DNA of 64,000 bases from Octopus sinensis (taxonomy: Eukaryota). Every line of letters starts with the position of its first letter. Position 1 is the stretch's first letter. The notes beneath the pieces are model-generated. The model was not told the DNA's origin, ran no database searches, and saw nothing but the letters and a program-made list of their open reading frames with translations. Of the stretch, positions 36,699 to 49,773 are shown one piece after another. The stretch lies in the NCBI RefSeq assembly GCF_006345805.1, contig NC_042998.1, positions 30,938,001 to 31,002,000 on the forward strand, given 5' to 3'. A program made the translations under genes and the position numbers.

Positions 36699-36867
36699 CG
36701 GTGGTTCCCAACCTTTTCGCTGTAGTTTCCAACCCTGTTATTTAACTGAGTTTTCCCACGGACCTCTTTTAATATGTTTATATGAAATTTTGAATTTTGC
36801 TCACGGACCCCAGTACTACCTTTTGCGTACCACCAGGGGTCCGCAGAACGCAAGTTGCGAACCACTG
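36699..36867. mobile_element. hAT MITE with 8-bp TSD
   Basis: TIRs CGGTGGTTCCCAAC / GTTGCGAACCACTG; TSD TTCTAAAA at 36691-36698 and 36868-36875. Confidence 0.9.
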
Positions 36868-38237
36868 TTCTAAAACTTCAAAACACGATAATATATATGC
36901 AGAATAGAATTTTTTTAGGTAAGCTATAAAATACTAAATACATAAATTGCTAACCTCGTATATTGAGTAGGCATATCGCGTATGATTATCTGACAACAGA
37001 CAGGTGACGTCAGTAATTACTCAGGGTAATCAGTTGATGACGTCTATGTAGTAAAACACACAAAAAATAAGCGAAGCACAGGCGCGCGTCTGAGATGAAG
37101 ACAGATTTATTTCTGCTTTTATAACACATAAAGAAAACGTTGTTGTAGGAGTGTACGCAGCACGTGTACTACAGCAGTATTACGCGAAGCTTAAATACTG
37201 AGAAAGGCAGCGGCGAATTACGCCTACATATTTTACAAAAATTCAAATATTTTGCATTTTATGCATAGTAATCAGAGTAACTTCATAATTTTAATGAATT
37301 AGGTGCATATTTTGCCATAAAAGGAAAATTTTGCTATCGATCTATTTTATTCAAGGTAGGCACTACCTACCTTGCCTACCTAGGCGGCACGTTCCTGTTT
37401 GACAAACTGGACTAAATACTTTGCGGTATTTCGTCCGTCTTTATGTTCTGAGTTCAAAATTTGGACGAGGCTGACTTTGGTTTTTATCTTTTGAAATCGA
37501 TAAAGTACTCTTTGAACACTGGGGTCGATTTAATCGATTAGCCCCCTCCTCCAAATGTCTAGACCCAGTATTTCTTTTTATCACAAGTTTTATTGGAACA
37601 CCTGGAGTTTTGTATGCGTAGCAGGCTTACTACCTGCAGCCTACGGTACTATGCTATCGTTTATTTTTTCCAGCTATCCAATACTTTCCTGGTTATTCTG
37701 GCCATGCCAAAGGGGCAAACCTTTTATAACAATTCTACTGGGCTCTCTATTCCAATTTCCTTTATAGTCCCCTTGATGCCTTCTGACACTGTTCCCAACA
37801 ATATTTGACACTATCTTCACCTACTTCATTTTCCATAGCCAGGCTATTTCATTCTCAAGAGGGTTGCATTTATTATTATTGTTATTATTATTATTATTAT
37901 TGTTGTTGTTTTCCCTTCTTCAAATTTTCTTCCATTTCTCGTCGAGTGTTTTCCGTACACCTAGGGTAGAGAAGCTCATTGTATGCATTCCCAGATTTCA
38001 CACGCAATTTCACAGGTAAAATGTGTATTTAAAAAAAATAATAAAATAAATAAATAAATTCAAGAATGAATGTTGTTTTCACAGCGATAGTGCTCTTCTC
38101 AGTTCATGAGTCGTTCCAGTTAACACGATTTTTTTGCACTTCCTGTAGGGATGGTAAGCCTAGTATCATTTTCAAACATGGCCAATGAGGTAAATCCGAG
38201 GCGTGGTTATTGCTAGTTGAAAATTATTATTATTATT

Positions 38238-38430
38238 GAGTGAGAGAGCTTTGCATGCCATCAAAGTGACACTGAGGTAAAATATACGAAGCCCAGTATA
38301 CCCATCATGACTACCCATCTGATAAGGGTACACCAGGCACATGCATCACAATCATATGTGCGCGACATGGCGATCTCATATCAAGATAAACAATGCATGA
38401 CCTGGCAGGTGGGGCCCTGTTAGAATTTTC
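38238..38430 (-). mobile_element. (TAA)n-flanked retroposon, 5'-truncated
   Basis: Matches the family 3' end; abuts (ATT)n. Confidence 0.75.
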
Positions 38431-38480
38431 TAATGTAATCCATGCATCTGCAGCAAGACACCTATCTCTGTCCCTCTAAT

Positions 38481-38756
38481 AAGTGGCAGACTGGGTCTAA
38501 AAATATTCGTTGCCAGGAGACTAAAGAGGACCACCGCCAACTACAAGATGGCCCACCTGCAACTAAAAGGGGGCCCAACCAAAACCTCAATGCTATCTTT
38601 TTTTCTTTCTTTTTTTGTTAAAAGTATTCTTTTCAACTGCCTACAAAGGCTGAAATAATGCATTCTTCCAGGAGTGAATTAAAAAATTCTCAAACTTGAG
38701 GAGATGGGCCCCTTAGATACATCAGGCAAACTGGCAACCTGGCCAGTCTGCCACTG
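38481..38756. mobile_element. hAT-type MITE
   Basis: TIR (A/C)AGTGGCAGACTGG; TSD CCTCTAAT / CCTTTAAT. Confidence 0.75.
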
Positions 38757-39138
38757 CCTTTAATCTCTCAAATGGCACCAACCCACCCCATCCAATACTT
38801 CACTCCCAGTTGAGTGTTCTTTGCCCTTTTTTACACTTATTTTTTGTCTTTTAGCAAGGTACTTAGTGTGAGAAAGTCACTGATACTGGTGCCTCATAAA
38901 AAAAGTACTTAGATCAGTCTGCAAATTGGCTGGCATTGTGAAAAGCACCCAGTTGTGGATACCATGCTAAACAGACAATGGAGCCAGGTACAGCCCTCAG
39001 CTTTGCCAGCTCCTTTCAGACAATCCAACTCTGCCATCATAGAAAACAGATGTTAAATTATGATGGCCACAACGACGACGGCGATGATTATATTAATGGT
39101 GTAAAGCAGACAATAACTCATTTTCTACTACTTTGAGA

Positions 39139-39540
39139 GTGGAGGCGCAATGGCCCAGTGGTTAGGGCAGCGGACTCGCGGTCGTAGGATCGCGGACTCG
39201 CGGTCGTAGGATCGCGGTTTCGATTCCCAGACCGGGCATTGTGAGTGTTTATTGAACGAAAACACCTAAAGCTCCACGAGGCTCCGGCAGGGGATGGTGG
39301 TGATCCCTGCTGTACTCTTTCACCACAACTTTCTCTCACTCTTACTTCCTGTTTCTGTTGTACCTTGTATTTCAAAGGGCCGGCCTTGTCACTCTCTGTG
39401 TCACGCTGAATATCCCCGAGAACTACGTTAAGGGTACACGTGTCTGTGGAGTGCTCAGCCACTTACACGTTAATTTCACGAACAGGCTGTTCCGTTGATC
39501 GGATCAACTGGAACCCTCGTCGTCGTAACCGATGGAGTGC
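39139..39540 (+). mobile_element. SINE-3, tail variant X, 16-bp TSD
   Basis: TSD TTCTACTACTTTGAGA at 39123-39138 and 39541-39556; short tandem duplication within the tRNA head; tail ends GTCGTAACCGATGGAGTGC. Confidence 0.92.
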
Positions 39541-40221
39541 TTCTACTACTTTGAGAAACAAATTAACAAACCTGCACACCAAACTGTTAATCTGTTAATC
39601 GTCAATTAATGAAGTTAACATTTTCGTTTACTATTTAACTTTTAAGTTAACTTTTTGAAATCATTATTGGATCAATTAATTAACTTCCATTACATTTAAC
39701 TCCCGTTAACTCAAGTCAACTTGAGTTAGCTTCCATTTACTTTAATGGAATTGAAGTTAACGGTTTTTATTGTTTTGGCACTTTTTAATGTTGCTTTTGG
39801 GTGGTTTTAGAGCAAAAACAGATGTTTTTTCTTAAATTTTTTCCTTTAATAAAAATTAATGTTAACAGTTTATCGGTAACTTCCATAACATTTTAAAAGA
39901 ATTAACTGATTCACAGTTATCGAAGTTGACTTTTTGGTTAACAGATTAACAGTTAATAAAGTTAACTTTTTGGTTAATGGTACCCACCTTTGCAAATTAC
40001 TACATAATTGTATCACAATAAATATATTTTCAAAAATAGAAATATTATTATTTCTAAATCTCTCTAAAGGAGACTATGGCAGCAGGACTGAGTATAAATA
40101 GTTATTGGCAAGCTAACATGGCAGTGCAGAAAAAAGGGACAAACGCTGCCGTTGATTAGTTTCAAGAGGCCATCGCCTCTAGCTTAGCTATGTGACACAC
40201 AAAATTGTGTTCAGTACAATA

Positions 40222-40650
40222 TCTTTATATATAAAAGTGAGGTTGTGTGCTGTCTGTCTCCTACGATTTAGATTCCTAACTACTCCCACATTTTGCGGTG
40301 CAGTTTAACCAAAACCGGGTATCTTATAGTCGTGATTCATATCGAGCCCTTCTGGGTATTAGCGCGTCTACGATGAGTCTACCATTTAAAAAAAAAATTA
40401 CCATCAATTTTTCCCATTTTTAATGCATCTTTGGCATATATAAGGGAAGTAACTCTCTAAAAATTTAATATTAAATCTCAGAACGTAAAAAGCTACATAT
40501 TAAATCTCAGAACGTAAAAAGCTACAGTAACACCCCCGCCCCTTTGTGGTTAGCCATATTGACATGGCTATTATTATACTTTACATCTCTAAAAATGCTT
40601 ATATAGTTATTTCCCTTACAAACCCGAGCAATGTCGGGCGATACTGCTAG
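40222..40650 (+). mobile_element. Non-autonomous Helitron
   Basis: A|TCTTTATATATAAAA start, subterminal hairpin CCCGA..TCGGG, CTAG|T end. Confidence 0.8.
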
Positions 40651-40873
40651 TATATTATAAAATATATAACAAAATATATTTTCGTTTCTAACATGCAAAA
40701 AAATATTTTTATGATTTGGGAAACAGCAATGGTTAAATGCAACAATTAAAGGTTTCTATATCATTCTTTATTTCTAGCTCACAGTTAAAATTCATGACAA
40801 ACATTCATTAACACACAAGGTGTTTGCATTCTACTAATATTCAATTTGTTTTTGTGTATTTTCTCACCTACAG

Positions 40874-41044
40874 GTGTGACTGATGACTTGAAGTTTTGTT
40901 TTGATACAAATCTATGCAATGAAACCGCCCTAGAAGCGCATTCCGGTAACTTGACAAGCATACAAGATTGTTGTGGTGAGAGAGATACCGGTTCTTGGGG
41001 TGTAGCCTCAGCGGAATGCACTACCTGCAACTTTCAGAAGAGCA
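40874..41044 (+). CDS. Exon 4; 6-Cys TB/follistatin-N-like module
   Basis: CCTACAG / GTACGT, phase 1-1; VTDDLKFCFDTNLCNETALEAHSGNLTSIQDCCGERDTGSWGVASAECTTCNFQKS. Confidence 0.9.
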
Positions 41045-41099
41045 GTACGTAAATCTGTCATAACTTATAACATGTGAATTTTCAGGTCTTATGCTTATA

Positions 41100-42653
41100 C
41101 TAGAAGGAATTATAATTTTATCTGTCGTTACGTTCTGAGTTCAAATTCTACCGAGGTCGACTTTGCCTTTCATCATTTCGGGGTTGATTAAATAAGTACC
41201 AGTTAATCACTGGGGTCGATGTAATCGACTTAATCTCCTCTACATTTAGTCCCAGTGATCAATAAAGAAATACAAATTACTATTATAATTATGATTATTA
41301 TTAGCATTATTATTACTATTATTATTAAAACAGTGAGCTGGCAGAATCATTAGCACGCTGGACGGAATGCTAAGCTACACTCTGAGTTCAAATTCCTCCG
41401 AGGTCAACTTTACCTTTCATCGTTTCAGGGTCAAAACACTGGGGTTAATGTAATCAACTTAATCCCATCCCACCCCCATGCAACATTGTGGCAAAAACTT
41501 GAATCTATTATTATTATTATTATTATTGAGTGAGAGAGCAGTGCATGCCATCAAAGTGACACTGGGGTAAAATATACGAAGCCCAGTATACCCATCATGA
41601 CAACCCGTTTCATAAGGGTACACCAGGCACATGCATCACAACCATATGTGCGCGACATGGTGATCTTATATCAAGATAAACAGTGCGTGACCTTGCAGGA
41701 GGGGGCCCAGCTAGAATTTTCTTCTGGTCGAGTAGCTCACCCCACTCAAAAGGTCCCCGAATAAGGTTTGTTTAAGGATGTTGAGCAAAACACCCATGTT
41801 TCCAAAGGTGAATTATTGAAACCCTAAAGAATCCCTCTCAACACATGGCTATGATGCTCCCCCACTACTTCTGCTCGTGATCAGAGATGCACATATTGTC
41901 AGCCACGAGAAGGCTTGCTCAACTGGTTAAGGTCAAACAACTGACAAGCAAATCTGTAGTATTGAACAGAATATTTGTTGTAGCCCATCTTTTATATCAA
42001 GACAAAACAATGTACGTGATAACACTTCGAATCAGTTAAGATCAGAAGCCATTTATTATTATTATTAAAGTGGCGAGCTGGAAGAACCGTTAGCACACTG
42101 GATGAAATGCTTAGCGGTATTTTGCCCGTTGCTACATTCTGAGTTCAGATTCCAAGATCAACTTTGCCTTCCATCCTTTCGGGGTTGATAAATTAAATAC
42201 CAGTGAAACACTGGGGCCGAATTAATCGACTTAATCCCACTACCACCACCACCACCACCAAGCAAAATTGTGGCAAAAATTTGAAATTATTATCATCGAG
42301 GCAGTGAGCTGGTCGAATCGTTAAAACGCTGGGCAAAATGCTTAGCGGTGTTTCGTTTGCCGCTACGTTCTGAGTTCAAATTCCGCCAAGGTCAACTTTG
42401 CCTTTCATCCTTTCGGGGTCGATAAATTAAGTACCAGTTACGCACCGGGGTCGATTTAATCGACTTAATCCATCTGTCTGTCCTTGTTTGTCTCCTCTGT
42501 GTTTAGCCCCTTGTGGGTAGTAAAGAAATAGGTATATTTTGCCTTTCATCCTTTCGGGGTCGATTAAATTAGTACCAGTTATGCACTGGGGTTGATGTAA
42601 TCGACTTAATCCTTCCCCCAAATGTGAGGCCTTGTGCTTCCAGTAGAGATTAA

Positions 42654-42709
<56 letters not shown>

Positions 42710-42915
42710 AGGTGGCAAGCGTACAAAATCGTTAGTACACCGGCCAAAATTCTTAGTGACATTTCATTCAATCCTTATGTTCTAAGTTCAAATTCCGCCA
42801 AGGTTAACTTTGCCTTACATTTTTCGAGGTCGATGAAATATGTACCAGTTATGCTCTGGAGTCGACTTATACTTTGTCCCCCAAAATTTCAAGCCTTGTG
42901 CCTATAGTAGAAAGG
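41100..42915. repeat. Cluster of SINE-2 copies and one (TAA)n-flanked retroposon (41528-42050) separated by ATT/GTA microsatellites
   Basis: SINE-2 at ~41130, 41330, 42065, 42300 (dimer with tail B) and 42710. Confidence 0.85.
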
Positions 42916-43094
42916 ATTAATATTCGTGATGACACATGGCTTAGTGGTTAGGGTGTGGCATTCACGATCGCGAGATCTTGGTTTCAGTTCCTAGATCAGG
43001 TGGTCTGCAGTGTTCTTGAACAAACTGCTTCATCTCGTGTTGCTCTGTGATCAAATTGACACCTAACGTGTGATACAGTGTGCACCTGTTCTTG

Positions 43095-43490
43095 ACTTGA
43101 CTTGAGACAGCATTCACCCAGGGTGGGTTGAGCTGGCTTCATTCATCCTCGCAGCTGCATCTCTCACAAACGCCGACCAGACCTGGCGATTTGAGGCTAA
43201 CGACCGCGTGATCTCCAACCACTCCTTATTCCAGTGGCAAATGCTATAGATATGGGGGCCTAGGCTGTGTTCCAGATAAGCCTTGACAGTCATCAGCCAG
43301 GTTTTTCGTTGTCCACCACATCGCTTTCGCCAACCCCGAAGATTGGCACACCTGTTCAGGCAACGTCGATTTGATCGAGAGAGTGAGGTAACACACAGCA
43401 TGAACAATTTGATCGCAAGAGACAAATAATTTGCGCAGGTCATTTTGCAAAAGTTGAATGCTCATACATCGTCTTCAACGGAAGAGGTCA
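43095..43490 (-). mobile_element. RTE-clade LINE 3' end (third family)
   Basis: GWRKRCGGQRKTWLMTVK..ASNRQVWSAFVRD..stop; (CAAGT)n-type tail. Confidence 0.7.
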
Positions 43491-44012
43491 TCATTATTAT
43501 TAAGTGGGTGAGCTGACAGGATTGTTAGTATGTCAGACAAAAATACTGAATGACATTTCGTCCATCATTAAGTTTAAAGCTCAAATTCTGCTGACTTCGA
43601 CTTTGCCTTTCATCTTTTTAGGAGTCAATAAAACAAGTACCACCAATTGGGGTCAATGTAAACGACTTGCCCCATCTCCTAAAATTACTGGCCTTGTGTC
43701 AAAATTTGGAGCCAATATTAAGGGGTGCATACACACACACACACACACGTGCACACACACAATTTTATATATAGGACCAGTATGATAAAATCTTCATCCC
43801 TAAACTTTAATGATTTAACCCTTTCTTTACCAACCCAGCTGAAAAGGTTCTGGTTCTTTAGAATAAACGTCTTTTTTTTACATAAGTTTTCAATTCAAAT
43901 CTGCCATCAAGTCTTATTTCACAATTTATGTTCCTAACACTATCTTAATGATAACCAAGTTATTTTTCCTAAATTCTTTGTTGTATTAAATAAACATATT
44001 ACTTTGCTACAG

Positions 44013-44203
44013 GTCCAGAGGCAAGAGATGAACTTGGAGATCAAAGCTGCCGTTTCAAAGACACTCGCATGTTTAAGACCTTTGATGGAAAGATGTTTGG
44101 AATTCCTTACAGTAAAGCTACTATTAAACTTGTAGAATACAGCAGCTTGTGGTCGGTGGTACTAAAACTTGAGAACTGTAACAGTGCACTTCAGTGTAAA
44201 AAG
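44013..44203 (+). CDS. Exon 5; VWD1 start
   Basis: GCTACAG / GTAAGC, phase 1-0; PEARDELGDQSCRFKDTRMFKTFDGKMFGIPYSKATIKLVEYSSLWSVVLKLENCNSALQCKK. Confidence 0.9.
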
Positions 44204-45325
44204 GTAAGCTACATGCGTTTGTATTTGGTTTACATAGTTTCATATGTGAATTCATGTGTAGAAATACGCATATAGATAGGCATAAGACTACTTCTCAGAT
44301 AGACTCCAAGCAGACGTAGAAGTATGAGGGCAAGCCATTGATGAGGTTGCAAATAGTGACAAAAGGAGTGTGACAGAGAAAACTAACTGATTCATTGTTC
44401 AATAAGCACATTAAACAAACAATCAAACAGTTAGTAAAATGAAGTGCTATTGAACCAGTGCATGTATTCATTTTAATTTTTATTGTCATAATGACCCTCC
44501 CTAGACATAACAAGATAAGTTTACATGTTTTTGTCTTTGTGAGAGTGTTCAGAACTGTTACCCCTTGGGGAGGTATTGTACAAAAGAGTATATTGCGGAT
44601 GGAACTGAGTCTTAAAATCAAGTTTACAAATTTTCTGTGCCTACAGTTAGACATAGGGATACTTGAGAAGGTTATGCCATACAATAAATGCAAGTACAAC
44701 ACAAAACAAAAATATTTGCCTGGTGCAGCCTCCATGGCTTCCAGACCCCGGTCGAACCGTCCAACCCATGCTAGCATGGAAAAGGAACATTAAACGATGA
44801 TGATGATGATGATCAATTTTGTCCTTTTTCAAATTCCAGATGTATTAGATTAGCTAATGCAATGATATTCCTTGTGCTTCTGTTATGTGAAATGACTCTT
44901 AGAAACACTTGCAATGAACGTCAAGCATTTCTTTATGATAACCATTTACAGATATTGCAATGCCTGTTACCAGTCCAAATATGCTTGATGTACGTTCAAA
45001 CTGGGAAAGAAGCTACTTGCTGTGTTTTTTTTTCACGGTGAATATATCTCGCTTATTGACAAACGGTGTATATACACCTAGATCAGCTCACAGCACCACC
45101 TATCCAGACTGTGAGATGCTTGCATTTCAGAGTAGTTATCTCCTCATCGTTCACAGATACTAAGCAGATGACACTATGAGCTGAATTAAGTGATTACCTC
45201 TCTTGTGCTTTTCCAATCACCATACAAGGACTGGCAGCTCATTTACAGTATTTTGCTTCTATAAATTTGTACTCCATGCGACTTTTGTATGTGTGCGTGC
45301 ATGAGAATAGGCCTGGGTATATGTA

Positions 45326-45633
45326 CAGTTGCAGCCAAAATGTTCAGAACGGCATTGTTTTCGTCAGAAATGTAGATATAAGTTTTTATCAAAGTTGTTT
45401 TATACTCTATAATTTTCTGGAATTTGAAAAAGGACATGGGTTTTACAGTAAATCACTAAATCATCCATAACTTTTGTATTATCCTCTCAAATTATACCAA
45501 AATCTCAGGCAATAACAAATCATATCGTATTTATTGTCTGTGAAAATTATAGAATATAAAACAACTTTGATAAAAAATTATACCAACTTTTCTGACGAAA
45601 ACAATGCCGTTCTGAACATTTTGGCCGCAACTG
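45326..45633. mobile_element. Tc1/mariner MITE
   Basis: ~95-bp TIRs starting CAGTTGC(A/G)GCCAAAATGTTCAGAACGGCATTG; TA on both sides. Confidence 0.92.
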
Positions 45634-45892
45634 TACATTAAATGACAATGATTTCAATGTGGTATTTGCACAGCTGCCCAGTGATTCGGTTTCAAATCTG
45701 CTTCACCTAATTATTCACATTGTTTTGAATTAATCGTGCATTATTTCATAGCTCTGAGATTCCTACAATGTGGTTGTATATTTATAGAATGACATTGTAG
45801 GGGAGGTGTGAGAGGTCAGTTCTGGCCAGTTTGAACATAAAACGAAATATTTAGGCCAGATACAGTCAGTTTAAGAGTTAAATGATATACTC

Positions 45893-46255
45893 TTTTACTC
45901 TTTTACTCTTTTACTCGACCCCAGGACTTATTCTTTTGTAAGCCCAGTACTTATTCTATCGGTCTCTTTTGCCGAACCGCTAAGTAACGGGGACATAAAC
46001 ACACCAGCATCGGTTGTCAAGCAATGCAAGTGGGACAAACACAGACACACAAACACACACATGCATAGATATATATATATATACATATATACGACAGGCT
46101 TCTTTTCAGTTTCCGTCTACCAAATCCATTCACAAGGCTTTGGTTGGCCCGAGGCTATAGTAGAAGACACTTGCCCAAGGTGCCATGCAGTGGGGCTGAA
46201 CCCGGAACCATGTGTTTGGTAAACAAGCTACTTACCACACAGCCACTCCTGCGCC
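45893..46255 (-). mobile_element. SINE-1
   Basis: Matches the family, with a deletion near the tail. Confidence 0.88.
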
Positions 46256-46385
46256 TATATATTCCTTAAGTATTTTTATTTTCTAAACATTCTGTCATTC
46301 ATTGAAAATCTATCATTTCTGTATAATCCTTCACAAGTGTTTGTGCTGTAAGCCATTCAGTAATTCATTCTTAATATTTTAACAG

Positions 46386-46482
46386 AAACTAGAAATCAGA
46401 GTTGATGGCAAAACAATTTCGACCAATGGTACCCATGTAATGGTTGATGGAAGCCTTGTGGAACCAGGCAAATTCAAAGATG
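46386..46482 (+). CDS. Exon 6; VWD1
   Basis: TTTTAACAG / GTATGT, phase 0-1; KLEIRVDGKTISTNGTHVMVDGSLVEPGKFKD. Confidence 0.85.
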
Positions 46483-46918
46483 GTATGTATAGAAATAATT
46501 TCGCAAATCTTCTATTCTCCATTCTTCTTCCCTTACATTTTTTCTCTTTTTGTGGTTTTTTTTTTTTAATATTAACATTATATTTTCCCCTATCTATCTC
46601 TTAAAGTATATGCTTACACACATATTTATATACTGGCACACACCTTCACACACACACAGACATATACACAGATACACATACATGCATGCATACACACACA
46701 CACATGATAAAAAGTCATTGAACGCTACTGCTGTCCAGATTAAATTTTATGCCTATTTACAATGTATCTATGTTCGTGTGTATTTATGAATGTTAGTAAA
46801 TATGTATGTGTGCATGTATATGTGTATGAACGTATGCATATGTGGGAAGTATGTATGTATAGAAATGAGTATCAAGTTAGGCAAATCAATTCACATATAA
46901 TAATACATATATACATAT

Positions 46919-47368
46919 AGGCGTAGGAGTGGCTGTGTGGTAAGTAGCTTCCTTACGAACCACATGGTTCCAGGTTCAGTCCCACTGCGTGGCACCTTGG
47001 GCAAGTGTCTTCTACTATAGCCCCAGGCCAACCAAAGCCTTTGAGTGGATTTGGTAGACAGAAACTGAAAGAAGCCAGTCGTATATATGTATATATATAT
47101 ATATAATATATATATATATATATGTGTGTGTGTATGTGTGTGTGTGTATGTGTGTGTGTGTATATGTTTGTGTGTCTGTGTTTGTCCCCCCAACACCGCT
47201 TGACAACCAATGCTGGTGTATTTGTCCTCGTAACTTAGCGGTTCGGCAAAAGAGACCAATAGAATAAGTACTAGGCTTACAAAGAATAAGTCCTAGGGTC
47301 AATTTGCTCGACTAAAAGCGGTGCTCCAGCATGGCCACAGTCAAATGATTGAAACAAGTAAAAGAGTA
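46919..47368 (+). mobile_element. SINE-1, full length
   Basis: Head GGCGTAGGAGTGGC to tail GTAAAAGAGTA. Confidence 0.92.
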
Positions 47369-47610
47369 TATTTAACCATAGACCCAATATGCACAATTTT
47401 TTTAAAATATGTTTAATACATCAAACATATTAAAACTATATATATATAAAAAACCATAGACCTCATGTGCATTAATTTTTTAAAATATGCTAAATACATC
47501 TAACATATTAAATATATATAGGTGTATAAATGTTTAATATTTTTTCAATATGTTTGATATATTTAGTATATTTTAAAAACCTTATGCATATTGGGTAAAT
47601 GGTTTAAGTA

Positions 47611-48450
47611 CCTTGAGAGAAAAGTTGGACCTAAGAAGCATCAGATGTAGTGAGCAAGAGAGACAACTGCGCTGGTATGGTCATGTGGTGAGAATGGATG
47701 AGGATAGCTGTGTGAAAAAGTGCCACATCCTAACGGTTGAGGGAACTTGTAGAAAAGGTAGACCTACAAAGAAGTGGTGAAGCTCAACCTTCAAACATTA
47801 GGCCTCACTAAGGCAATGACTAGTGACCAAGAATTTTGGAAATATGCTGTGCTTGAGAAGACCGGGCAAGCCAAATGAGACCATAACCTCGTGGCCTATG
47901 CCAATGGTGTAACCAGCCCACATATGCATACCTTTCCTTATTGGACACTAAACTCTGCTTGCGAAGACCTGTTGAGGCAAGTGAAATCTAAATCAAATTC
48001 GATGACTGGCATCCATGCTAGTGGAGCGCTAAGAGCACCGTCTGAGCATGATTGTTGCCAGAGCAGCTAACTGGCTTCCATGCCAGTGGCACGTTAAAAG
48101 CACCATTCAAGCATGATCGTTCCCAGCATCACCTAACTGGCACATGAAAAAATATTCAAGTGGGATTATTGCCAGTGCCGCTAGACTGGCTCCTGTGCAG
48201 GTGGCACGTAAAAAAACACCATTTGAACATGGCCATTGCCAGTACTGCCTGACTGGCCCTCGTGCCAGTGGCACGTAAAAGCACTCACTACACTCTTGGA
48301 GTGGTTGGTGTTAGGAAGGACATCCAGCTGTAGAAACTCTGCCAGATCAAGATTGAAGCCTGGTGCAGCCATCTGGTTCACCAGTCCTCAGTCAAATTGT
48401 CCAACCCATACTAGCATGGAAAGCGGACATTAAACGATGATGATGAGGAT
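47611..48450 (+). mobile_element. RTE LINE 3' end (same family as 13196)
   Basis: LREKLDLRSIRCSEQERQLRWYGHV..; 3' UTR hairpin units; (GAT)n tail. Confidence 0.85.
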
Positions 48451-48687
48451 GATATGTAAATTGATTTGCCTATTTTGATTCTCGTTTCTAAATTTATCCA
48501 ATGTCTCAAGTCTGAATATCTTGAGTACTTCTAGGTGCAGTTTATACATTGAAAAATTTTTTTTCCTCTTTTAAATATAATTATATGTATGTCTGTATGT
48601 ATGTGTGTGCATGTGCCCGTGCTTGTGTGTGTGCATGCATGTTTGTAAATATACATGTCTGTTATATTCTTCATTTCTTGCTTGCAG

Positions 48688-48852
48688 GTATTTCGTTGAG
48701 TACTCACTATGGATACTTAAATCTTGTCGTCAACTCAATTCCTATCAAATTCTTATTGAGCGAAGATCTGATACACATGACACCAACTTCCATTCTCTTC
48801 CAGAGCTCTTTATTGAAAGGGTTATGTGGAAATTACGATCATGATCCTAACA
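48688..48852 (+). CDS. Exon 7; VWD1 with GLCGNYD motif
   Basis: CTTGCAG / GTAAGT, phase 1-1; ISLSTHYGYLNLVVNSIPIKFLLSEDLIHMTPTSILFQSSLLKGLCGNYDHDPN. Confidence 0.95.
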
Positions 48853-49741
48853 GTAAGTATAAACATCCATTTGATACACTGTACTATTTAGACACAAACC
48901 ATAAGCTTTTCAGTTTTAACCAATATGAAAGTCAGTAAAATTCTCTTAAAAATTGTAAACCATCGTCAGTAATGATCAGGATGATGATGTAAATAGGTGT
49001 TTGCCACTCATGCAAATGTAAATAGATATTCGTCTTTTATGATCTTAACTCTAGACATCGAAAATTTGCTACCTATCTTAATCTCTTGTTTCAAATAGCT
49101 GCTGATCATGACGGCTTCATTGAAAAAGAGAAAAATAACTCAAAACCTTTGTCAGACCAGAATGTTGACCAAAATTTCTTTCCAGTCTTTGCTAAAGGAA
49201 AGTGCTTAGAAGAGTTTTACTGGACAACATGATTCAGCCTTACAAGGCACATGCAAAGACAAGTTAGCCATTGTAGGTTAGAGCAAGTACATCATATCCA
49301 GCTCCTCAAGCTATTGTGCTTGTACAATATTCTATGAACACATAGTCACCCTCAGTATCACTGACAGCCAAACATTTCCTGGGACTTGTTCATAATGCTT
49401 AACCTGAAAAGCATCCAGATAATTATCTGAATGTTCTTCAATGTACAACTTAACATTCAAGGTTTTCACATCTAATACACCCTCTCTCCTATTAACAATC
49501 CATAGTATGTGAGGGTCATTTTACCAAGACTTGCACAAATTACTTTATTGGGTGTTGAGAGCACCTGACAAAAATTAGATTCCAAACTCCGATTCTCTAT
49601 CTACATTTAGTGTCTTTGTACTTAAGACGGGTTATTAATTATTAGTTTTAATTATAGATGCGCATGTGTGTGTGTGTGTGTGTGCAAGATGGGTTATTAA
49701 TTGTTAGTTTTAATTATAGATGTGCGTGTGTGTGTGTGTGC

Positions 49742-49773
<32 letters not shown>

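Noticed and set aside
39144-39230. tRNA genes suggested by A/B boxes (also 4525, 20545-20619, 42930)
   Set aside because: No complete cloverleaf or acceptor stem; each continues into a repeated SINE body.
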